Shown: piece by piece, positions 1 to 9,049 of the stretch
How positions within the stretch are numbered: position 1 is the first letter of the stretch
Layout: each line of letters starts with the position of its first letter
Translations under genes and position numbers: made by a program
Sequence record: CM069771.1
Reading direction: 5' to 3' (one strand)
DNA length: 32,000 nucleotides
The notes under the pieces: model-generated
Databases searched by the model: none
The model's input: only the letters and a program-made list of their open reading frames with translations
What the model was told of the DNA's origin: nothing

Positions 1-26
1 TAATAAACATAATATCTTATGTAAAG

Positions 27-623
27 ATGAGAACGGATATCCCGCAGGTAGAGACTTACTTGAATATATTAGAGGGCTTTGTTAGTAGATTGGAGGTTAT
101 TGTAGAAGAGGCGATAATCCAAGAGAAAGCTATAATTAACATGGAGGCTGTAAGACAACTTGCTACGGAGGGGCTTTTAGAGGCAACGGAGAATCCAGCA
201 ATTGCTACTAATATAAAGTGTCAAGATAAATTGGACGCGCTTGTCGATTATGTACATACATATATTGAGCCGCTAAGTAAGCACAGCATTAGGGTGGGCG
301 CGTTGATTGAGCTCTCAACGAGTGCGCAAGCCCATAGTGAGGTGGTGGCTTTAACGAGCCAAGTGACTGATGCCTTACAACTAAATATTATTGAATTGAA
401 CTATCTTCGAGCAGAAGTTGACTGGCGAATGACAGAAGTGGCTGAGCAGTTAGCGCTAGATCAGTTACAGGCGGCAATAGATTTAAATCTATCCATGAGT
501 GAGCTCGTAAGCTATGATACACAATATCAAGGTAAAAGCATTACTAGGATTAATGCCACGATTTATAGAAATAAGTGTCTGGCTAGTCTACGAGAGTACC
601 AAGCAACTGAATTTGAATTATAG
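27..623 (+). CDS. Unknown 198-aa protein (orf198): acidic, predicted helical, with no recognisable family. The frame stays open to the left window edge, so the true 5' end may lie upstream.
   Basis: Uninterrupted 597-nt ORF. By eye it is roughly 40-50% GC, against about 20-25% in the neighbouring genes. It uses G-ending codons heavily (gag, acg, ccg, cag, ttg, gcg, gtg), whereas the other genes use A/T-ending ones. It has only 6 Lys in 198 aa, unlike the Lys-rich lineage-specific ORFs elsewhere. Codons 3..26 upstream of the ATG contain no stop. Confidence 0.5.
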   Translation: MRTDIPQVETYLNILEGFVSRLEVIVEEAIIQEKAIINMEAVRQLATEGLLEATENPAIATNIKCQDKLDALVDYVHTYIEPLSKHSIRVGALIELSTSAQAHSEVVALTSQVTDALQLNIIELNYLRAEVDWRMTEVAEQLALDQLQAAIDLNLSMSELVSYDTQYQGKSITRINATIYRNKCLASLREYQATEFEL

Positions 624-942
624 AGGGCGAAATATAGAAGAAGATTTTGATGCAAATGCTAATAATTACGATCGATATAATCCCCCAGAGCAATAAAGAA
701 AAGGCGTATGCTACATTTGTTTAGTACTAATTAAGGATACCCCGGATATTAAAAGTGTACTTTTTGTGTTTTGAGTCGCAGTTTTGAAAGTACTCAGTTA
801 AAAGTATACTAAATATTTAGGTACTCCAAAAGTGGTTTATAAACTGAAAAGAAAGCAAGTAAGATTAAAAGTAAAGAAAAGTTTTAATTTAAATTTAGAG
901 TCTTCGGGGGGTGAGAAAGGGGTCAATTTTCCAAAAAGAGGT

Positions 943-1015
943 CGCGATATCGTATAATTGGTGAATACTGTGCTCTGCAAAAGCATAAATATCAGTTCAA
1001 GTCTGGTTATCGCGT
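943..1015 (+). tRNA. trnC: tRNA-Cys (anticodon GCA)
   Basis: Manual cloverleaf of 73 nt. Acceptor cgcgata/tatcgcg is fully paired, D stem is gtat/atac, anticodon stem-loop is gtgct-ctGCAaa-agcat, and T arm is atcag-ttcaagt-ctggt. Confidence 0.9.
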
Positions 1016-1030
1016 AAAAAAGCGAAAACG

Positions 1031-1103
1031 GTCTTAGTAGCTCAGTTGGTAGAGCAGTAGGCTGTTAACTTATTGGTCATTGGTTCGACCCCAATCTAAG
1101 ACG
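1031..1103 (+). tRNA. trnN: tRNA-Asn (anticodon GTT)
   Basis: Cloverleaf of 73 nt. Acceptor gtcttag/ctaagac, D arm gctc-agttggta-gagc, anticodon loop ctGTTaa, T arm attgg-ttcgacc-ccaat. Confidence 0.93.
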
Positions 1104-1149
1104 AAAAAAGAGGATGAGTAAAAATTTAAATATATAAGTATTAAAAAAC

Positions 1150-2700
1150 AAAAAATATGAGTTTGATTCTGGCTCCGAATGAATGCTAAAAGTGGGCTTT
1201 ATACATGCAAGTTGAACGCTATTGAGAAATAGAGTAGCAAAAAGGTGAGTAATGCATATGAATTTTAATAATAAATCTGGAAATAAAAAAAGAAATACAG
1301 AATAAAAAGAAAGAGGAACTTGAAAAAAAGTAAGACTCGTTATTATAAAAGCGTATGTCGAATTAGGTAGTTGGTGGGGTAAAGGCTTACCAAGCCAGAG
1401 ATTCGTAGGTGGTTCGAGAGAATGATCATCCACATTGGTATTGAAAAAAAGACCAAACTCTTATGAGGCTGCAGTAAGGAATATTGGACAATGAGCGAAA
1501 GCTTGATCCAGCTACACTGAGTGAGGGAAGACGTAAAGCGTAAACCTCTTTTGATAAGGAAGAAAATGACAAAAATTAAAGAATAAGTCCCGGCTAATTT
1601 CGTGCCAGCCGCCGCGGTAATACGGAGGGGGCAAGCATTATTCGTAAGGATTGGGCGTAAAGGGTGCGTAGGTGGGTTCTCAAAGGTCTTATATGAAAAG
1701 CACTGAAAAAAGAGGTGCGGGTATAATACAAACAAAGAGCCTAGAGTAAAGATGATGTATTTAGAAGGGCTAATTTAGAGGTAAAATTCGTTTTAGATTA
1801 GCTCGACTGACAGTTGGCGAAGGCAATTTACAAGCGATACTGACACTGAAGCACGAAGGTTTAGGGAGCAAATCGGATTAGAGACCCGAGTAGTCTAGAC
1901 AGTAAACGATGAGTGTTCAATATTATAAAAAGTATTTGAGTTAACACGTTAAACACTCCGCCTGAGTAGTACGATCGCAAGATTGAAACTCAAGGTAATT
2001 GACGGAACTTTGCGCAAGCAGTGGATTATGTTCATTAATTTGATACAACACGAAAAATCTTACCCTCCATTGAATGACAAATATAAAGCATGAAAAAAAT
2101 GTAAAGAATAGAAGCAGAACAGGTTCTATTAAAATAATTGTCTAACAGGTGTTGCATGGCTGTCGTCAGTTCGTGCTGTGAGGTGTAACATTAATTTGTG
2201 AAACGAACGAAATCCTTAAGTTCACTTACGAGAATAAAATCGAGAAATGAACAGAAGAGTGTGACTCTTATAATCACATTGGAAGTTGAGGAAGATGTCA
2301 AGTCAGTATGGCCCTTATAGGAGGGGCTTGAAATGTAATACAATGGTTCATACAAAAGGAAGCGAAAGTGCAAGCTGGAGCAAAACCTAAAAAGGAATCT
2401 TAGTTTGGATTTATTTCTGCAACTCGAAATAATGAAAGCGGAATTGCTAGTAATCGTAGATCATAAGGCTTCGGTGAATCGTTGTCAAAGTTAGTACATA
2501 CCGCCCGTCACACCACGGAATTCACCCTTTTTTAGATAATTTATTAAGTCAACTATTTAAAGTTTTTAGGGAAACAGCTCTTAAGGAAGAGCAATTAGAA
2601 TGGAGAAGGTTGAAAGTAAGTTATCAAACAATAGGGGGTTAACTGGGGTAAAGTCGTAACACGGTAGCTGTTGGGGAACCAGCAGCTGGAATCAATTTTC
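1150..2700 (+). rRNA. rns: Mitochondrial small-subunit (16S-like) rRNA; the ends are approximate to about 10 nt.
   Basis: The 5' end gagtttgattctggctc (about 1159) matches the universal AGAGTTTGATCMTGGCTCAG. Other conserved blocks are gtgccagccgccgcggtaatac (1601-1622, 530 loop), ggattagagacccgagtagtc (about 1875), gcatggctgtcgtcagttcgtg (about 2155), ccgcccgtcacaccacgg (about 2501, decoding centre) and aagtcgtaacacggtagc...ggaatca (2651-2694, 3' end). Confidence 0.95.
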
Positions 2701-2707
2701 CCCGAAA

Positions 2708-2778
2708 GGCGAGATCGAATAATGGGAGTTCGCTGGGCTCATGCCCCATTGGTGTAGGTTCGAGTCCTACTCTTGCCA
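2708..2778 (+). tRNA. trnM: tRNA-Met (anticodon CAT), possibly the initiator type
   Basis: Cloverleaf of 71 nt. Acceptor ggcgaga/tcttgcc has one G-U pair. The anticodon stem ends in three G-C pairs (ggg/ccc) next to loop ctCATgc, which is an initiator-like trait. T arm is gtagg-ttcgagt-cctac. Confidence 0.85.
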
Positions 2779-2797
2779 ATTAGTTTAGAATTTAATA

Positions 2798-2869
2798 AAG
2801 TGTATAGCATAATGGTATTGCGTCAGCCTTTTAAGCTGCATGGTTTGGGTTCGATTCCCAATACACTCA
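2798..2869 (+). tRNA. trnK: tRNA-Lys (anticodon TTT)
   Basis: Cloverleaf of 72 nt. Anticodon loop ctTTTaa, T arm ttggg-ttcgatt-cccaa. Acceptor aagtgta/tacactc has an A1:C72 mismatch. Confidence 0.88.
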
Positions 2870-2878
2870 AGGGTAAAT

Positions 2879-2951
2879 GTCCTTTTAGTTCAATTTGGTA
2901 GAACAGTAGCCTTCTAAGTTATTAATGAAAGTTCGAGTCTTTCAGAGGACA
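2879..2951 (+). tRNA. trnR: tRNA-Arg (anticodon TCT)
   Basis: Cloverleaf of 73 nt. Acceptor gtccttt/agaggac, D arm gttc-aatttggta-gaac, anticodon loop ctTCTaa, T arm gaaag-ttcgagt-ctttc. Confidence 0.92.
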
Positions 2952-2952
2952 T

Positions 2953-2969
2953 TTTGGAAACGTTCCAAA
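2953..2969 (+). other. Perfect 7-bp hairpin directly after trnR, upstream of nad1
   Basis: tttggaa-acg-ttccaaa, a 7-bp stem with a 3-nt loop, lying in the 62-nt trnR-nad1 spacer. Confidence 0.6.
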
Positions 2970-3013
2970 GGCGGCCCGTCGAGTAGTTTAGAGACATATA
3001 TAACCAAAAAAAA

Positions 3014-3967
3014 ATGAAAAATATATTACAAATAGTATTAGAAGGAGGATTAAAAAGTTTAATAGTTATTATAGGATTATTAATAGGAGTTGCATTTGCG
3101 ACGTTGTTAGAAAGAAAAGTAATGGCAGCAATGCAAAAACGAAGAGGACCAAATGTAGTGGGAATTGTAGGATTATTACAACCATTAGCCGATGGATTAA
3201 AATTAGTATTAAAGGAAACAATAATACCAATAGTAGCCGATAAAATAATATATGCAATAGCACCAATATTAACGTTTACAATAAGTATCGTATTATGGAG
3301 TGTAATGGCAGTAGGAGTACAAAGTGTATTCGCAAGTATAAATAGTGGGGTGTTATTTATTTTAGCAATCTCATCAATAGGAGTATATGGAATAATATTA
3401 GCAGGATGGGCAAGTAATTCTAAATATGCATTTTTAGGAGGATTACGATCAGCAGCACAAATGGTCTCATATGAAGTAGCTTTAGGATTAATAATCTTAA
3501 GTATAATTACATATGCAGGAACAATAAATATACAAGAGATAATGGAAAATCAAAACAAAATCTGGTTTATAGTACCATTATTCCCAGGATTTTTATTAGC
3601 ATTTATAAGTGCATTAGCAGAAACAAATAGACCGCCATTTGATTTACCAGAAGCAGAAGCAGAATTAGTTTCAGGATATAATGTGGAATATTCATCAACA
3701 GGATTTGCATTATTTTTTTTAGGAGAATATGCAAATATAATTTTAATGAGTGTATTATTAGCAGTATTCTTTTTAGGAGGTATTGTTCATAATAAAATTT
3801 TAGGAGCAATGAAAGGAGTGTCAATGTTATGTAGTTTTATTTGGGTAAGAGCAACATTACCACGATATCGATATGATCAATTAATGTATTTAGGTTGGAA
3901 ATCTTTATTACCTTTTGCATTATTAATATATGTTGGAGTAATAAGTATGGTATTAATGATAAAATAA
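3014..3967 (+). CDS. nad1: NADH dehydrogenase subunit 1
   Basis: 317-aa polytopic membrane protein with ND1/NuoH motifs: [54 protein letters not shown] and [13 protein letters not shown]. Confidence 0.97.
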   Translation: MKNILQIVLEGGLKSLIVIIGLLIGVAFATLLERKVMAAMQKRRGPNVVGIVGLLQPLADGLKLVLKETIIPIVADKIIYAIAPILTFTISIVLWSVMAVGVQSVFASINSGVLFILAISSIGVYGIILAGWASNSKYAFLGGLRSAAQMVSYEVALGLIILSIITYAGTINIQEIMENQNKIWFIVPLFPGFLLAFISALAETNRPPFDLPEAEAELVSGYNVEYSSTGFALFFLGEYANIILMSVLLAVFFLGGIVHNKILGAMKGVSMLCSFIWVRATLPRYRYDQLMYLGWKSLLPFALLIYVGVISMVLMIK

Positions 3968-4651
3968 ATGGATAGTACATTAGGATTATTAGTTATATTA
4001 TTAGGAATTATTATGATATGTACACTTGTTATTTTACGAAGTGTAAATCCTATATATTCGATTTTAAATTTAATCGTAATTTATGGATGTTATGCTGCAA
4101 TATTATTAACGGTTGAAATGGAATTTTTAGCGTGTATCTATATTTTAGTGAATGTCGGAGCAATCGCAGTATTATTTTTATTTATTGTAATGATGATAAA
4201 TATTAATATTGTTGAAATTCAAGAAACTATGCGAAAATATAATATTTATATGATAGTAGGTATTATAGGAGTAATCGGTATTATTGGAATTTTAATAACA
4301 AATTATAATATACGATTAAAAGAGGAGGTAATAGCAGATTTTAGTATGTTTTTAACAACATCAGAAAGTAATCAATTAACAGTAGTACCGACTTATTTAG
4401 ATTATTATACACTATTTACAGAAACAACGGATATTAGAACAATGGGAAGTAATGTAATTTATGGAAGTCAAAGTATTTGGTTTATTATGGCATGTATAAT
4501 ATTATTAATAGGTATGGTTGGAGTAATATATATTACAGAAGATTTAATTATTGAAAAAAGACATTTAAATGAACGACGACGACAAGATATTAATTCTCAA
4601 GTATTACGAGAATATAAAACAACAATTAGAAATTATCGAGAAATTCAATAA
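3968..4651 (+). CDS. nad6: NADH dehydrogenase subunit 6
   Basis: 227-aa hydrophobic protein whose N-terminal half is typical of ND6/NuoJ (NPIYSILNLIVIYGCYAAILL...EFLACIYILVNVGAIAVLFLFIVMM). The ATG directly follows the nad1 TAA. It carries a charged C-terminal tail. Confidence 0.85.
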   Translation: MDSTLGLLVILLGIIMICTLVILRSVNPIYSILNLIVIYGCYAAILLTVEMEFLACIYILVNVGAIAVLFLFIVMMININIVEIQETMRKYNIYMIVGIIGVIGIIGILITNYNIRLKEEVIADFSMFLTTSESNQLTVVPTYLDYYTLFTETTDIRTMGSNVIYGSQSIWFIMACIILLIGMVGVIYITEDLIIEKRHLNERRRQDINSQVLREYKTTIRNYREIQ

Positions 4652-4671
4652 CGAATAATTAAGTAGCTTTT

Positions 4672-4745
4672 CCGGTTGTAGCATAACTGGATAATGTGTT
4701 AGTTTTGGGAACTAAAGAGTATAGGTTCGACTCCTATCAACCGGA
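4672..4745 (+). tRNA. trnP: tRNA-Pro (anticodon TGG)
   Basis: Cloverleaf of 74 nt. Acceptor ccggttg/caaccgg, anticodon stem-loop ttagt-ttTGGga-actaa, T arm atagg-ttcgact-cctat. Confidence 0.92.
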
Positions 4746-5052
4746 GACGTAAAGGAAAAGAGGATTTAAATTTAGAAAATTATTTTTAACGTGTAATGTA
4801 TATTAAGAGCTATTTAAAAGCACTAGAAAGGTAGTATAGTAGCAAAAATTAAACTGTAAAAAGGAGTGGAATTTAATGGGAAGGTTGTAGAATAATCGTA
4901 GTGAATTTGTAGACTGTGGTTTATACAAAATCTGAAAGCAGCTAAATATGTCTAATAAACGTGAAGAAAAAGCTCATTTAAGGAGATATATACTGTGAAA
5001 GGTGACAGTGAAATTAGCTACCAAGTTAGGATTTCATAAAAAAGGAGTCTTT

Positions 5053-5074
5053 GTTATAAATTTAAATTTATAAC
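5053..5074. repeat. Perfect 22-nt palindrome (11+11) about 35 nt upstream of atp9
   Basis: gttataaattt|aaatttataac is exactly self-complementary. It lies in the largest non-coding spacer of the window. Confidence 0.7.
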
Positions 5075-5108
5075 GAAAGTAAAAAGTAACAAAAAAATAA
5101 AAAAAAAG

Positions 5109-5375
5109 ATGAAAAATATAGTAAAAGTAGAACAATTAGAATTAGCATCAGCCGTAGTAGAATTAGGAAAAAAAGTAGGAGCAGGATTAGCAGCAATTGG
5201 ATTAACAGGAGCAGGAGCAGGAGTAGGAATTGTATTTGCAGCATTTATTTTAGCTGTAGGAATGAATCCAAACTTAAGAGGAGAATTATTTAAATTAGCA
5301 ATGTTAGGATTTGCATTATCAGAAGCTGTAGGATTATTAGCTTTAATGATGTCATTCTTAATATTATATTCATAA
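5109..5375 (+). CDS. atp9: ATP synthase F0 subunit c (subunit 9)
   Basis: 88-aa proteolipid with GLAAIGLTGAGAGVGIVFAAF...NPNLRGELFKLAMLGFALSEAVGLLALMMSFLIL. It shows the canonical two-helix hairpin with the conserved acidic residue (E) in helix 2. Confidence 0.97.
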   Translation: MKNIVKVEQLELASAVVELGKKVGAGLAAIGLTGAGAGVGIVFAAFILAVGMNPNLRGELFKLAMLGFALSEAVGLLALMMSFLILYS

Positions 5376-5545
5376 AACGAAGGTAAAATCCCCGGAGTTA
5401 GCGAACTGTCAAAGTTGCATAGCTAAGATTGGTCTCAAACGAGAAAAACACAAGTAACACAAGTAATTAGTACACTTTTATAATATAATCGCAGTTATCG
5501 TTATATGAAAAAGATACAGTGCAAGCCTGTAGTGTGTTGGTAAGC

Positions 5546-5619
5546 GCTCTTGTAGTTTAATAGGTTAAAACACCACACTCATAATGTGGCCAATATCGGT
5601 TCGAGTCCGATCGAGAGCA
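5546..5619 (+). tRNA. tRNA with anticodon CAT: either elongator Met or Ile with a lysidine-modified CAT. Sequence alone does not distinguish the two.
   Basis: Cloverleaf of 74 nt. Acceptor gctcttg/cgagagc, D arm gttt-aataggtta-aaac, anticodon stem-loop ccaca-ctCATaa-tgtgg, T arm atcgg-ttcgagt-ccgat. Confidence 0.88.
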
Positions 5620-5653
5620 CAGAAAAGAGCTAAAGAAGAAAAAAATAAAAAAG

Positions 5654-6283
5654 ATGAAAGAGTATAAAAATGAATTAAAAGTAAAGGTAAATTTAGGAGA
5701 AAACTTAAGAATGAGTATTCCTGGATTAGTAAAAAAAGTGATGTATAAAACAAAATATTTAGAAATACAAGTAGAAAAAGAAAAAGTAATACCAGTATTA
5801 AAATATTTAAAAGAATCCTCAAAATACCAATGTAAAATGTTATTAGATATAGTGTGTATAGATTGTTTAAATATAGAAGAAATAAAGATCGGACGGTTTA
5901 AGATAATATATGTATTAAATAGTATATATAATAACTGCCGAATACATTTAAGTACGTATGTAGAAAATAATGGGATAATAGAAACAACAAGTTCATTGTA
6001 TGAATCAAGTGTATGGTTAGAACGAGAAATTTGGGATATGTTTGGAATATATTTTGAAAAACATCCGGATTTAAGAAGAATACTAACAGATTATGGATTT
6101 GTAGGATATCCATTAAAAAAAGATTTTCCAATAACAGGATACTTAGAAGTATATTATGATGTAGTAGATAAAAAAATCATATATAAACCTATAGAATTAA
6201 TGCAAGAATATAGAAATTATAATTTTGGAGCAGTCTGGGGTGACTATGAAAGAAAAGTATATTTAGAAAATATAATAAAATAA
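5654..6283 (+). CDS. nad9: NADH dehydrogenase subunit 9 (30-kDa / NuoC homologue)
   Basis: 209 aa with the conserved core [43 protein letters not shown]. Confidence 0.96.
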   Translation: MKEYKNELKVKVNLGENLRMSIPGLVKKVMYKTKYLEIQVEKEKVIPVLKYLKESSKYQCKMLLDIVCIDCLNIEEIKIGRFKIIYVLNSIYNNCRIHLSTYVENNGIIETTSSLYESSVWLEREIWDMFGIYFEKHPDLRRILTDYGFVGYPLKKDFPITGYLEVYYDVVDKKIIYKPIELMQEYRNYNFGAVWGDYERKVYLENIIK

Positions 6284-6284
6284 A

Positions 6285-7505
6285 ATGATAAATATAAGTA
6301 AAATTTTTGAAGAAGTAAAAGTAATGAAGAATTTTACATTAAATTTTGGACCACAACACCCAGCAGCACATGGAGTATTACGATTAATAGTCGAATTAGA
6401 AAGTGAAAATGTTGTACGAGTGGAGCCACATATTGGATTACTACATAGAGGGACAGAAAAATTAATAGAAGGGAAAACGTATACACAAGCGTTACCTTAT
6501 TTTGATCGATTAGATTATGTATCAATGAATGTACAAGAGCATGCATATTCATTAGCAGTAGAAAGATTATATTTAGATAGTTTAGATATCGAATTAGAAA
6601 TCCCACAAAGAGCAAAAGTAATCAGAGTATTATTTAGTGAAATAACACGAGTATTAAATCATATAATGGCAACGACCACACATGCAATGGATGTAGGAGC
6701 CTTAACACCATTTTTATGGGCATTTGAGGAACGAGAAAAATTAATGGAATTTTATGAAAGAGTATCAGGGGCAAGAATGCATGCAGCATATATAAGACCT
6801 GGTGGAGTAGCGTTTGATTTACCAATGAATATTAGTGAAGATATTTATAAATTTGTAATTCAATATAGAAAACGATTAGAAGAAATTGAAGATATGTTAG
6901 TAAATAATCGAATATGGAAACAGCGATTAGTCGATATAGGAATTGTAAGTGCAGAAGAAGCATTAAATTATGGATTTACAGGACCCTTATTAAGAGGAGC
7001 CGGTTTAGTATATGATATTAGAAAAAATTATCCATATGATGATTATGAAAAGTATGATTTTAAATTAATTATAGGAGAAGAAAATAATTCATATACAAGA
7101 TTTATAATCAGAATGAAAGAGATGTATCAGAGTTTATCAATAATAGAACAAGCATTAAATAATTTAAGACCAGGGTTAATAAAATTAGAAGGAGTAAATA
7201 TTACGGCACCAGATCGAGCATTTGTAAAAAAAGATATGGAATCGTGTATAAACCATTTTAAATTTTTTTCAGAAGGTTTTATAATACCAGCAAATGAGAA
7301 TTATACGATTGTAGAAGCCCCAAAGGGAGAATTTGGAATTTATTTAAAAGCGAATGACACTGCAAAACCATATAGATGTAGAATAAAAGCACCAGGATTT
7401 TTACATTTACAAGGATTAAATATGATGTCGAAAGATCATTTATTAGCAGATGTAGTAACATTAATAGGAACTCAAGATATAGTATTTGGAGAAGTAGATA
7501 GATAA
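6285..7505 (+). CDS. nad7: NADH dehydrogenase subunit 7 (49-kDa / NuoD homologue)
   Basis: 406 aa with [27 protein letters not shown], the [11 protein letters not shown] region and a C-terminal [12 protein letters not shown]. The true start could instead be the second ATG at 6324 ([13 protein letters not shown]). Confidence 0.97.
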   Translation: MINISKIFEEVKVMKNFTLNFGPQHPAAHGVLRLIVELESENVVRVEPHIGLLHRGTEKLIEGKTYTQALPYFDRLDYVSMNVQEHAYSLAVERLYLDSLDIELEIPQRAKVIRVLFSEITRVLNHIMATTTHAMDVGALTPFLWAFEEREKLMEFYERVSGARMHAAYIRPGGVAFDLPMNISEDIYKFVIQYRKRLEEIEDMLVNNRIWKQRLVDIGIVSAEEALNYGFTGPLLRGAGLVYDIRKNYPYDDYEKYDFKLIIGEENNSYTRFIIRMKEMYQSLSIIEQALNNLRPGLIKLEGVNITAPDRAFVKKDMESCINHFKFFSEGFIIPANENYTIVEAPKGEFGIYLKANDTAKPYRCRIKAPGFLHLQGLNMMSKDHLLADVVTLIGTQDIVFGEVDR

Positions 7506-7514
7506 AAAAAGAAA

Positions 7515-8252
7515 ATGATGAAATCATTATTTGAACAATTTGAAATAGATATTTATTGTATAATAATAACAAGATTTTTTGATGTATCAATAACAACAAT
7601 AACCGTATATTTAGGATGTCTAATGGTTATTGTAATAGGGATGTATAAAGCAAGTTTATACAGAGCAACCTTAATAGGAGAAAATAATTGGCAAAACGTA
7701 GGAGAAATGATATATGAATTTATAATAGATTTAATAATAGAACAAGTAGGAAAACCAGGAATCTTATTTTTCCCTTTTATTTTAACATTATTTTTATTTG
7801 TATTAACTTTAAATGTAATGGGATTAGTACCATTAAGTTTTACTGTTACTGGACAATTATTAGTAACATTTACTTTAGCAATCACAATAATGATTGGAAT
7901 TACAATTTGGGGATTTAGAATTCATGGAATTAAATTTTTAAACATGTTTGTCCCTTCTGGAATTGAGCCATGGTTATTACCATTATTAGTTTTCATTGAA
8001 ATAATGTCTTATGTCTTAAGACCAATCAGTTTAGCAGTTCGATTATTTGCGAATATGTTAGCAGGACACTTATTAATTCATATTATAGGTGTAGCAGCTA
8101 TATATTTAATGCAATTTTATTTTATTGGAATTTTACCATGGATTTGTGTAATCGCATTTATGTTCTTAGAATTAGGAATCGCATTTTTACAAGCATACGT
8201 TTTCGTATTATTAACATTAATATATATTGCGAATATTATTAACTTACATTAA
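7515..8252 (+). CDS. atp6: ATP synthase F0 subunit a (subunit 6)
   Basis: 245 aa. The N-terminus SLFEQFEI is typical of mitochondrial atp6, and the conserved RPISLAVRLFANMLAGHLL contains the essential Arg. Confidence 0.96.
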   Translation: MMKSLFEQFEIDIYCIIITRFFDVSITTITVYLGCLMVIVIGMYKASLYRATLIGENNWQNVGEMIYEFIIDLIIEQVGKPGILFFPFILTLFLFVLTLNVMGLVPLSFTVTGQLLVTFTLAITIMIGITIWGFRIHGIKFLNMFVPSGIEPWLLPLLVFIEIMSYVLRPISLAVRLFANMLAGHLLIHIIGVAAIYLMQFYFIGILPWICVIAFMFLELGIAFLQAYVFVLLTLIYIANIINLH

Positions 8253-8307
8253 GGTTAGTAATTTTTTAAGTAAATATTAAATAGAACGAGTCAGATAGAA
8301 TAAAAAA

Positions 8308-8388
8308 AGTAGAATGGCTGAGTGGTTAAAGCGGAAGACTGTAAATCTTTTGTCGCAAGACGCATAGGTTCGAATCCTATTTCTACCA
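8308..8388 (+). tRNA. trnY: tRNA-Tyr (anticodon GTA) with a long, bacterial-type variable arm
   Basis: 81 nt. D arm gct-gagtggttaa-agc, anticodon stem-loop gaaga-ctGTAaa-tcttt, 13-nt variable arm tgtcgcaagacgc, T arm atagg-ttcgaat-cctat. Acceptor agtagaa/ttctacc has an A1:C72 mismatch. Confidence 0.9.
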
Positions 8389-8539
8389 AAGAAAGGTTAA
8401 GAAAAAAGTAGCCGAGAGAAGAAAAAACTAGGGACGGGGCCTTTTGTAACTACTAAAGTTAGTACAAAAGGGAGCTTAATACAAGGAGGGCGTAATAAGC
8501 AAAAAATAAGAAAGCAAACGAATAACCAAAAACAAATAA

Positions 8540-9049
8540 ATGACATATATAAGTAAAAAACAAGCAGGAAAAAAAGCAATTGTACGAGAAAAACAAATTT
8601 TAGTAAGATTAAAATTAATAATAGGTGCAGGAACTGCCTCCATGACACCACCATTAGGACCGAATTTAGGACAATATGGAATAAATAGTATTGAATTCTT
8701 TAATGATTTCAATACAGAAACAAAAGAATTATTTGAACCAGGGATGGCGTTACGAGTAATATTATGGATAAATGTAATGAAAGCTTTTTATTTTGAACTT
8801 CAAATGCCAAAAATTAGTAATATATTAAAGGAGTATTATAAAATAGAGTTTGAAGAAGCAAAGGGAGGAAAAGTGTATATAGAAAAAGAAAGATTATTAA
8901 AAGATTGTTTTAAAATTGCTATTTTAATAAGTACATTTAATAAAGAAGAAAAACAATGGGAAAAGATAGAACCAGCATTTTTAAAAATGAAAGTATTAGA
9001 AGTATTAGGAACGTGTAGATCGTGTAAAATATATATAAAAAAAGCATAA
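8540..9049 (+). CDS. rpl11: Ribosomal protein L11
   Basis: 169 aa. The N-terminal domain [34 protein letters not shown] matches the L11 signature (PPxGPxLG). Confidence 0.9.
   Translation: MTYISKKQAGKKAIVREKQILVRLKLIIGAGTASMTPPLGPNLGQYGINSIEFFNDFNTETKELFEPGMALRVILWINVMKAFYFELQMPKISNILKEYYKIEFEEAKGGKVYIEKERLLKDCFKIAILISTFNKEEKQWEKIEPAFLKMKVLEVLGTCRSCKIYIKKA

Noticed and set aside
588-600. ctacgagagtacc resembles the sarcin-ricin loop of large-subunit rRNA (AGUACGAGAGGACC), which raised the possibility that 1..940 is the 3' end of rnl rather than a CDS.
   Set aside because: The match breaks the invariant AGUA/GGA bulged-G motif. None of the flanking domain V/VI blocks (for example GAGACAGTTCGG or GCTGAAAGCATCTAAG) is present. 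The region holds a 198-codon ORF, which is unlikely by chance.
514-696. 60-aa + strand ORF overlapping the 3' end of orf198 in another frame.
   Set aside because: It is short, overlaps the much longer ORF out of frame, and has no distinguishing features. It is most likely spurious.
1077-2373. Minus-strand ORFs 1077..1433, 1343..1735 and 2191..2373.
   Set aside because: They fall inside the small-subunit rRNA gene (and trnN), which is identified by several universal 16S motifs. They are chance ORFs in relatively GC-richer rRNA sequence.
5565-5822. Minus-strand 85-aa ORF spanning trn(CAT) and the start of nad9.
   Set aside because: It overlaps a well-folded tRNA and the nad9 N-terminus on the opposite strand, and it has low-complexity L/F composition.
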